From: an uncultured Candidatus Saccharibacteria bacterium
GTDB taxonomy: Bacteria > Patescibacteriota > Minisyncoccia > Phycocordibacterales > DSPV01
Length of the DNA stretch: 64,000 nucleotides
Direction of reading: 5' to 3'
Assembly: GCA_964574355.1 (NCBI GenBank)
Contig: CAZNMD010000003.1
Location: 5,316 to 69,315 of the forward strand
In this document: one piece after another, positions 56,740-64,000 of the stretch
How positions within the stretch are numbered: the stretch's first letter is position 1
How the letters are laid out: each line of letters begins with the position of its first letter
The notes under the pieces: generated by a model
The model's input: only the letters and a program-made list of their open reading frames with translations
Told to the model about the DNA's origin: nothing
Databases searched by the model: none
Position numbers and translations under genes: made by a program

Positions 56740-56804
56740 GAGAACACAAAAAAGTAAACGCTACCCCTTGCACGGGTGGCGTTTTTCACTATAGTGTACC
56801 CACG

Positions 56805-58352
56805 ATGCTAGAACGCAAGAAAAAGCCGTGGGAGAGAGAAAAACTTGATTTTACGGGTCTCTTTACCTTTGAATTGGCTAATAATCATGGTGGTTCGGTT
56901 GAACATGGCCGACGAATAATCAGGGAAGTTGGTACGGTGGCAAAAAAGGCAGGTATTAAGGCGGCGTTTAAATTTCAGTTTCGTGACTTAGATACCTTTA
57001 TTCATCCTGATTACCGAAACGATAGAAACAACAAACACATAGCTCGTTTCCTTGGTACAGCATTATCAAAGAAGCAATTTAAAGAACTTGTGGAAGAGGT
57101 TCGTGCGAATGGTTTTTATACGATGGCAACGCCGTTTGACGAGAAATCGGTTGAACTGATTGAAGAGCTTGATATTGATATTGCAAAAGTGGCTTCTTGT
57201 TCGGCGAAGGATTGGCCTCTCTTAGAACGTATTATTGAGGCCGGTAAACCAATCATTGCCTCAACTGGCGGGCTGACCCTTGAGGAAATTGATAATCTTG
57301 TTTCATTTCTTGATCATAAATATGCACATTTTGCGATTATGCACTGTGTTTCTATTTATCCAACTCCTGTTGAAAAACTTGAATTAAATCAGATACAGTT
57401 GCTGTGTCGACGTTACCCAGGAGTTGCGATTGGTTTTTCAACCCATGAGAGTCCTGATAACTACGAGGCAATTCAAGTTGCGTATACAAAAGGAGCTACT
57501 ATTTTTGAAAGACATGTTGGTATTCCAACAGAAACAGTCCCTCTAAATAAATATTCTTCAACTCCTGATCAGGTGGGGAAATGGATTGATTCATATAAAC
57601 GAGCAGTTGCTTCAGTTGGCAGTAGTGAACGGGGTGAGCCTGATCCAGATGAGGTTCGTGATTTAAAATCGTTGATGCGGGGCGTCTTTGCAAAACGAGA
57701 TATTCGTCCCGGTGAAGAGATTCAAAAAGAAGATGTGTTTTTTGCAATTCCTCTTATGCCTGGGCAAATGACTTCTGGTGAATGGAAGCCGGGATTTATT
57801 GCTTCGAGCGCTCTTACTCGAGGTGCGCCATTACCAGCATCAATGTCTGTTGGTAGAAAAGAAAAAGGGCAGTATGTCTATCGTATCGTACATGAAGTAA
57901 AAGGATTTCTTCGTGAGGCCGGTATACCAGTTGTTCCAAGTATGGACGTAGAACTTTCTCATCATTACGGTATCGAACATTTTAGAGAGGTTGGTGCAAC
58001 GATTATTGATTGTATTAATCGTGATTATTGCAAAAAAATTATTGTTGTGTTGCCGGGCCAGAGGCATCCTTATCATCATCACAAAAAGAAAGAAGAAACT
58101 TTTCACGTGCTTTCAGGAGAGTTGATAATAGAAATAGAGGGTAGGGAAAAAATACTTGTTCCTGGTGATATTCAGGTGGTTGAACGAGGAATTCGACATT
58201 CTTTTTGGTCAAAGAAAGGTGTTGTGTTTGAAGAGGTTTCAACTACACACTTTAATAACGATTCAATTTATGAGGATCCAGCTATAAACAAGATGGCTCG
58301 GGAGGAGCGTAAGACAAAACTTGTTAATTGGGGAAGGCACCAATTTGAATAA
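56805..58352 (+). CDS. neuB: N-acetylneuraminate synthase (NeuB) family protein with SAF domain, fused to a C-terminal D-lyxose/D-mannose-isomerase-like cupin
   Basis: 'FELANNHGGS', 'KFQ', 'ATPFD', 'KVAS', 'STGG', 'MHCVSIYP', 'GFSTH', 'FERH'; cupin 'YCKKIIVVLPGQRHPYHHHKKKEETF...HSF...EEVST'. Confidence 0.85.
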   Translation: MLERKKKPWEREKLDFTGLFTFELANNHGGSVEHGRRIIREVGTVAKKAGIKAAFKFQFRDLDTFIHPDYRNDRNNKHIARFLGTALSKKQFKELVEEVRANGFYTMATPFDEKSVELIEELDIDIAKVASCSAKDWPLLERIIEAGKPIIASTGGLTLEEIDNLVSFLDHKYAHFAIMHCVSIYPTPVEKLELNQIQLLCRRYPGVAIGFSTHESPDNYEAIQVAYTKGATIFERHVGIPTETVPLNKYSSTPDQVGKWIDSYKRAVASVGSSERGEPDPDEVRDLKSLMRGVFAKRDIRPGEEIQKEDVFFAIPLMPGQMTSGEWKPGFIASSALTRGAPLPASMSVGRKEKGQYVYRIVHEVKGFLREAGIPVVPSMDVELSHHYGIEHFREVGATIIDCINRDYCKKIIVVLPGQRHPYHHHKKKEETFHVLSGELIIEIEGREKILVPGDIQVVERGIRHSFWSKKGVVFEEVSTTHFNNDSIYEDPAINKMAREERKTKLVNWGRHQFE

Positions 58353-58437
58353 AAACTGACTTTTGTTGAGTCATTGCTAGCGTTGGGTCCGTTGGTCTGT
58401 TACGATAAGAGGCGTTAATTCAATCGTAATAAAAGGG

Positions 58438-60879
58438 ATGAAAACTAATTTTTACTTAAAGACGGCTATTATCGGTGGGCTTTTTGCTGTTCCATTTGTT
58501 CCTCTCATTATTGCACCGTCACTTTTCTTTCCGTTTATTGCGGGTAAGGGCTTTGCTTTTCGTATTCTTGTTGAAATTATTTTTGCTCTCTGGCTCATTC
58601 TCGCACTTCGAGACCCTGAGTATCGTCCCCGCATGTCGCATCTTTTGACACTCACGTCTCTTTTTGTGGGCATTATTTTGCTCGCTGATATTTTTGGAGT
58701 TGCTCCGTATAAAAGTCTTTGGTCAAATTTTGAACGCATGGAAGGTTTTGTTTCTCTCCTCCATCACTTCTTGTATTTTATTGTTGCGGGTGCCATTCTC
58801 TCCACGGAACGTCTCTGGTCGCTATTCTTTCACACTTCAGTAGGGGTTTCGCTTTTTGTTGGTTTTTATTCAACGCTTCAATTGTTGGGTGAATTAGTTA
58901 TTAATCAGGGTGGTGTGCGTGTCGATGGGACATTTGGAAACGCTGCGTATCTTGCGGCATACTTGCTCATTCATATTTTTATTCTGTGCTTCTTTTTGTC
59001 GCGCGATCGTTTGTCTCGATCAGGTGATGTCCTTATCTCCGTTGCCCTTGGTTCTGTTTCGTTTTTAATTTATTACGGAATTCACATTGCGCGTTTGGGG
59101 ACTAGTGTTGTTCAAAATGCTGGAGCGTCGGTATTGGTTGTTGCTTTACTCCTTCTTACTGCATCTCTTTCAATTTATGCAACAAGCCGGCGGGCAATCT
59201 GGTATATTCGTTTTGGCGAGCCGATCGTCTATTCTCTGTCGATACTTTTTCTTGGTATTATTTTGGTGTATACCGCGACCCGCGGAGCAATTCTTGGACT
59301 TCTTGGGGGCGCCCTCTTGACCGCTCTTTTAGTTGTTTTGTTTGAGCGTGAGAACAAAACGGCGAGACGTGTTGGAATTGCCGCCCTTGTTGGTGTTGTT
59401 ATGGTTGTTGGAGCATTTTTTGTCCTTAAAGATTCGACCGTTGTTCGTGATCATCCAGTTTTGTCTCGTCTTGCTTCGATTAGTTTATCTGAAGGAACGC
59501 CACGTTTTACTATTTGGAATATCGGTTGGCAAGGTTTTCTAGAGAGACCGATTTTGGGATGGGGACAAGAAAATTTCAATTATTCTTTCAACACCCATTA
59601 CCATCCACGAATGTATGGCCAAGAGCAGTGGTTTGATCGGGCTCACAATATTTTCTTTGATTGGTTAACTGCGGGGGGTGTTTTGGGAATTCTCTCGTAC
59701 TTATCTTTATATGGTGCAGCCCTCTGGCTTATTTGGAAGCGAGATTTTAAAAAAGGTTGGCTCTCTCGGTTGATGGGGAAGATTCATTCTGTTCCTGATA
59801 ATAGTTTTTCAGTCACTGAACGGGCATTGTTAACGGGACTCCTGGCCGCGTATTTGTTTCAAAACATGTTTGTGTTCGATAACATCGTAACGTATATTTT
59901 GTTCTTTACGATTCTTGCATATATTCACGCTACACACAGTTCTCCTCTTTCTGATGTGTGGCAGAAAAGAATTTCTTTTGATCTTGGTTTTGTGAATAAA
60001 GTTCTTGCTCCGCTTATCGTCGTTATTCTTTTTGCGGGTATATACGTTATTAATATTAGACCCATTCAGGCCGGTTCAACCTTGATTCAAGGATTACGAA
60101 AGCAACAAGAGGGTGATCTTGATACTACCTATGCTAAATACCAAGAAGTTTTTGCCCTTAAGACGTTTGCTGATAGTGAGGCACGTGAACAGTTGATTCA
60201 AACAGCAATCAATGTTTCTAATAGTCCGAGTGTTGATGTAACGACCAAACAAAAGTTTTTAACTTTGGCAAAATCTGAACTTGAAAAACAGCTTGTTCGA
60301 ACTCCCAACGATGCTCGTTACGTCCTCTTTTTTGGATATCTTCTCAATAGGACAAATCAACCAAAAGAAGCACTTACGTATTTGAACAGGGCCGTTGATT
60401 TGTCTCCAAAAAAACAAACAATGTATTTCGAGCTCGGTAGTGCGTATCTTTCTGCAGGTTTGACGACGGAGGCGTATGAAACATTCAAGACTGCGTATGA
60501 ATTTGAGCCAAAATATAAAGATGCTGCTGTATTTTTTGCACTCGGTGCTATGTACAATGGGAAAAAGACTGAAGCGGTTACTGCGCTGAATCAAACGTAT
60601 GGAACCACAACGGTAAGCGATGATCGGTTGGTGAAAGCTTTTTTTGAGAAGCAAGAATGGGGCTTGTTGATGCCTATTCTTCTTTCAAGGGTTGCTTCAA
60701 GTCCAACAAATGATCAATACAGAATTAATTTAGCCGCAGCGTATCTTCAGATGAAACAGCCCCAAAAGGCAATTCAAGAACTTACCATTTTACGTGGTTT
60801 TGAAAGTGTGGATGCGGAAGGTAAGGCAATGATTGATCAATGGATTGCTGATATTAAGGCCGGACGAAACCCTCAGTAA
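58438..60879 (+). CDS. O-antigen-ligase (Wzy_C)-like membrane protein with C-terminal TPR repeats
   Basis: Many TMs; 'GTFGNAAYLA', 'TATRGA', 'RPILGWGQENF', 'DRAHNIFFD'; helical TPR-like tail. Confidence 0.85.
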   Translation: MKTNFYLKTAIIGGLFAVPFVPLIIAPSLFFPFIAGKGFAFRILVEIIFALWLILALRDPEYRPRMSHLLTLTSLFVGIILLADIFGVAPYKSLWSNFERMEGFVSLLHHFLYFIVAGAILSTERLWSLFFHTSVGVSLFVGFYSTLQLLGELVINQGGVRVDGTFGNAAYLAAYLLIHIFILCFFLSRDRLSRSGDVLISVALGSVSFLIYYGIHIARLGTSVVQNAGASVLVVALLLLTASLSIYATSRRAIWYIRFGEPIVYSLSILFLGIILVYTATRGAILGLLGGALLTALLVVLFERENKTARRVGIAALVGVVMVVGAFFVLKDSTVVRDHPVLSRLASISLSEGTPRFTIWNIGWQGFLERPILGWGQENFNYSFNTHYHPRMYGQEQWFDRAHNIFFDWLTAGGVLGILSYLSLYGAALWLIWKRDFKKGWLSRLMGKIHSVPDNSFSVTERALLTGLLAAYLFQNMFVFDNIVTYILFFTILAYIHATHSSPLSDVWQKRISFDLGFVNKVLAPLIVVILFAGIYVINIRPIQAGSTLIQGLRKQQEGDLDTTYAKYQEVFALKTFADSEAREQLIQTAINVSNSPSVDVTTKQKFLTLAKSELEKQLVRTPNDARYVLFFGYLLNRTNQPKEALTYLNRAVDLSPKKQTMYFELGSAYLSAGLTTEAYETFKTAYEFEPKYKDAAVFFALGAMYNGKKTEAVTALNQTYGTTTVSDDRLVKAFFEKQEWGLLMPILLSRVASSPTNDQYRINLAAAYLQMKQPQKAIQELTILRGFESVDAEGKAMIDQWIADIKAGRNPQ

Positions 60880-60905
60880 GGCATAGTTGGTTTAGTTCGT
60901 TCTAT

Positions 60906-60939
60906 ACACATCCCACTATGTTCTGGTGGGATGTGTTTT
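60906..60939 (+). terminator. Terminator
   Basis: ACACATCCCACTA / TGGTGGGATGTGT stem followed by TTT. Confidence 0.65.
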
Positions 60940-61025
60940 ATAACAAGTTGCCTCTTTTTTCTGCAGAGGTAGTATGAGGTGATATGTTGTTCAAATAATG
61001 TGTGGTTGCTCTAAAACATAAGGGT

Positions 61026-62054
61026 ATGCTTTCAATCCAAGAAAACAATTTACTTTCGACATATACCACATTTAAAACAGGGGGGCCGGCTCGTTTTTTC
61101 GCGGAAGTATCAAATGATACGGAAATGGTCTCTGCGATTTCCTTTGCTCGTAAACGAGACCTTCCTGTTTTCTTTTTGGGTAGTGGTAGTAATAGCTTGG
61201 TGAGCGATCGAGGTTTTTTGGGGTTGGTTATAAAAGTGATGTATCGAGGTGTGTCATGTGAACCAATTTCTGATTCCCGTATAAGGCTTTTGGTTGGAGC
61301 CGGAGAAGTATGGGATGATGTCGTTTCTTTTTCTGTGAAAAAAGGATTATGGGGAATTGAAAATTTGTCTGGTATTCCTGGTACTGTGGGCGGGGCAGTT
61401 GTTGGGAATATTGGTGCATATGGAGAAGAGGTTAAAGATACGCTCGATTTTGTTACAACATATGATTGTCTAACGGGAGAAGAAAAGATTTTTTCTGCTA
61501 ATGAGATTTCACTTTCCTACCGTTCAAGTTTTTTTAAATCAAAAGAAGGTAGACGGTATGTTGTTGTTTCGGCCGCGTTTCAGTTATCTACAAAAGGTAA
61601 ACCATCTATTGAATATAAAGATCTCGCACTCTATTTTAGAGAGAAAACTCCTTCCTCTATAGAGGAAGTACGTGAGGCTGTTCTTTCGATACGAGCGGCA
61701 AAATTACCTGATTGGCGCCAGGTTCCAACAGTTGGTTCTTATTTTAAGAATCCTCGCGTCACGAGTAGTGTGTACGAAACATTAAAAGTACGTTTTCCTG
61801 AGATTCCACCGGCTCGAAATGAAGAGGGTGTGGTAAAAATTTCCGCAGCATGGCTTTTAGATAAAGTTTGCGGGTTAAAAGGTTTTACTCTTGGAAATGT
61901 TTCTACACATGATCGCCAGGCTTTAGTTGTGATTACAAACGGAAAAGCAACGTCGAAAGAAATTTTTATGTTTGGGGAAATGATATCAAAAAAAGTTTTT
62001 GATGCGACTGGTATTATTCTCGAAAGAGAAGTTGAATTGATTGGAGATTTTTAA
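61026..62054 (+). CDS. murB: UDP-N-acetylmuramate dehydrogenase
   Basis: 'YTTFKTGGPA', 'LGSGSN', 'ENLSGIPGTVGGA..NIGAYG', 'GSYFKNP', 'LEREV'. Confidence 0.94.
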   Translation: MLSIQENNLLSTYTTFKTGGPARFFAEVSNDTEMVSAISFARKRDLPVFFLGSGSNSLVSDRGFLGLVIKVMYRGVSCEPISDSRIRLLVGAGEVWDDVVSFSVKKGLWGIENLSGIPGTVGGAVVGNIGAYGEEVKDTLDFVTTYDCLTGEEKIFSANEISLSYRSSFFKSKEGRRYVVVSAAFQLSTKGKPSIEYKDLALYFREKTPSSIEEVREAVLSIRAAKLPDWRQVPTVGSYFKNPRVTSSVYETLKVRFPEIPPARNEEGVVKISAAWLLDKVCGLKGFTLGNVSTHDRQALVVITNGKATSKEIFMFGEMISKKVFDATGIILEREVELIGDF

Positions 62055-62231
62055 AAAAATAATTTTTTTAAAAGTTTTCCACATTTTAAAATAAAAAATG
62101 TAGTATTACGTTTGAATTGGGCGCATACTAATAACAGTGAATGTTACTTCGCTTCGCTTTGTGCGAATTGGTCGAGAAGTCATTCTCCTATTGTTAGATT
62201 AATTTGTGCATGCTCTTGATGCACCAATCTT

Positions 62232-62309
62232 ATGGCAAAAAAGAAAGCTCGAAAGGCAAAGAAAACAACGAAGGCTTCAAAAAAGCGAAAGACAAAGAAG
62301 CGCCGATAA
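62232..62309 (+). CDS. 25-aa Lys/Arg-rich basic peptide (MAKKKARKAKKTTKASKKRKTKKRR)
   Basis: Translated by hand because it is below the ORF-track cutoff. It is followed immediately by a terminator-like hairpin AAAAAAGTGGTTC/GAGCCACTTTTTT (~62318-62348). Confidence 0.7.
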   Translation: MAKKKARKAKKTTKASKKRKTKKRR

Positions 62310-62445
62310 TGTATTTCAAAAAAGTGGTTCATCGTGAGCCACTTTTTTGTTTTTAAGACTGTGTATGCCCTTGTTAGCTCACTAAAAAAAGATCATATTG
62401 TCTCCTGGTGTTGGCTGCTTATAAAATGGTATGATAGTCCAACTT

Positions 62446-64000
62446 ATGCTAGCCCTGTTTGAAAAATTGTTTGGCAATGATGCAGCAAAACGGATTAAGG
62501 AAATAGAGCCGATTGTTCAACGTATTAATGCTCTTGAGCCAGAAATGCAGGGTATGTCTGATACCGATTTTTTCTCTAAAACTGCTCAATTGAAAGAGCG
62601 TCTCACTCAAGGAGAAACACTTGATGATATTTTACCCGAAGCATTTGCGTTGGTTCGAGAAGCTGCAAAAAGAGAGCTTGGTGAGCGTCATTACGATGTT
62701 CAGCTTATTGGAGGAGTAGTACTCCATCGTCGTGGTATCGCTGAGATGCGTACAGGTGAAGGTAAAACTCTTGTTGGAACGTTACCGGTTTATTTAAACG
62801 CACTTACGGGGCGGGGTGTTCATGTTGTTACTGTAAATGATTATCTTTCTCGACGTGATGCTGTGTGGATGGGTCAGGTGTATGCAAAGCTCGGTTTATC
62901 GGTTGGAGTTGTTAATCACGAGGCATCGTTTTTGTATGATCGTACGCATAGTGAAAAAGATAAAGAACGTGATGAGAAGGGTTCGTTCCATGTCGTGCAT
63001 GAGTTTTTGAGACCAGTGACGCGACGAGAGGCGTACGAAGCAGATATTACTTATGGGACGAACAATGAATTTGGTTTTGACTATCTTCGCGACAATCTTG
63101 AACGTGAAGCAAAAAATCTTCGTCAGCGTCCATTTTATTTTGCGATCGTTGATGAGGTCGACAGTATTTTGATTGATGAGGCTCGTACACCATTGATTAT
63201 TTCTGGTCCTACGGCAGAATCAGAAAGTTTATATAAAAAATTTGCAGGTATTGCGGCCGGTCTTACGGAAGAAGTTGATTACACTGTTGATTTAAAACAG
63301 CAAGCTATTTCACTTACTGAGGCGGGTATTGATAAAGTTGAAAAAGAATTACAGATAGAAAATTTGTATACAGAAGGTGGTGTAAAATCTGTGCACCATT
63401 TAGAAACAGCTGTTCGGGCCAAGGCGTTGTTCCATAAAGATAAAGAATATGTTGTACGTGATGGAAAAGTAATTATTGTTGATCAGTTCACTGGGCGTAT
63501 GCAACCTGGACGACGTTGGTCTGAAGGGCTCCATCAAGCAATTGAAGCTAAAGAGGGTGTTGAACTAGAACGAGAGAGTAGGACGTATGCATCAGTCACG
63601 TACCAAAATTATTTTAAATTGTATGAAAAATTAGCTGGCATGACTGGTACGGCATATACTAGTCGCGAAGAGTTTGCAAAGGTATATGGGCTTGATGTAG
63701 TTCCAATTCCGACAAATAAAAAGATTTCTCGTATTGATCACGAAGATTTAATTTTTCAAACTGAACACGGAAAGTTTTTAGCTACAGCGAAGCGAGTTAA
63801 AGAGTTGCATGAAAAGGGTCAACCGGTCTTGATCGGTACAGTTTCAATTGAAAAAAACGAGCTTTTATCAAAATATCTTGAAGCTGATGGTATCCCTCAT
63901 CAGGTATTGAATGCAAAAAACCACGAACGTGAAGGAGAAATTATTGCTCAGGCTGGCAAGAAAGGTGCTGTGACTATTGCAACCAATATGGCTGGTCGTG
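62446..64000 (+). CDS. secA: Preprotein translocase subunit SecA, 3'-truncated
   Basis: Translated by hand: '[15 protein letters not shown]', 'HYDVQLIGG', '[10 protein letters not shown]', '[10 protein letters not shown]', '[22 protein letters not shown]', '[16 protein letters not shown]', 'IATNMAGR'. Confidence 0.97.
   Translation, partial: MLALFEKLFGNDAAKRIKEIEPIVQRINALEPEMQGMSDTDFFSKTAQLKERLTQGETLDDILPEAFALVREAAKRELGERHYDVQLIGGVVLHRRGIAEMRTGEGKTLVGTLPVYLNALTGRGVHVVTVNDYLSRRDAVWMGQVYAKLGLSVGVVNHEASFLYDRTHSEKDKERDEKGSFHVVHEFLRPVTRREAYEADITYGTNNEFGFDYLRDNLEREAKNLRQRPFYFAIVDEVDSILIDEARTPLIISGPTAESESLYKKFAGIAAGLTEEVDYTVDLKQQAISLTEAGIDKVEKELQIENLYTEGGVKSVHHLETAVRAKALFHKDKEYVVRDGKVIIVDQFTGRMQPGRRWSEGLHQAIEAKEGVELERESRTYASVTYQNYFKLYEKLAGMTGTAYTSREEFAKVYGLDVVPIPTNKKISRIDHEDLIFQTEHGKFLATAKRVKELHEKGQPVLIGTVSIEKNELLSKYLEADGIPHQVLNAKNHEREGEIIAQAGKKGAVTIATNMAGR

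Noticed and set aside
1-64000. Complete DGR (RT, Avd, template repeat) within the window
   Set aside because: No ORF has RT motifs, and I could not find an A-rich near-copy of 26490-26610 by eye. Only the target-like gene is supported.
1-64000. CRISPR array, tRNA, rRNA, IS element or integron attC sites
   Set aside because: No regularly spaced repeats, cloverleaf, transposase or GTTRRRY/RYYYAAC-bounded palindromes were seen. The hairpins are better explained as terminators.

Overview
A 64-kb chromosomal segment that looks like a Patescibacteria (CPR), most likely Parcubacteria, genome. This is inferred from gene content and from standard code 11 with TGA used as a stop. The backbone runs: a 5'-truncated giant multidomain surface protein, ppsA, murD, murC, rsmI, a DUF4015-type glycoside hydrolase, a VirD4/TraD-like ATPase, a lamin-tail/PKD protein, then a ~40-kb surface-glycan locus, murB, a 25-aa Lys/Arg-rich peptide and a 3'-truncated secA. 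The glycan locus has many glycosyltransferases, a gmd/colD-like/fcl-like colitose-type set, five methyltransferases, an amidotransferase, a flippase, a GT-C, a NeuA/NeuB nonulosonic-acid module and an O-antigen-ligase/TPR protein. About nine solitary genes are scattered through the backbone. They look more GC-rich, each has its own hairpin terminator, and most have a -35/-10 promoter and a leader with an SD-like motif. Backbone genes instead often appear (near-)leaderless, with a -10 box 6-10 nt before ATG. The most striking solitary gene (25903-26619) looks like a remote diversity-generating-retroelement (DGR) target, with an adenine-depleted 3' variable region and a downstream hairpin. It is flanked by an exact 36-bp direct repeat of the start of the neighbouring glycosyltransferase gene. 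I found no RT, template repeat, integrase, CRISPR array, tRNA or rRNA in the window.
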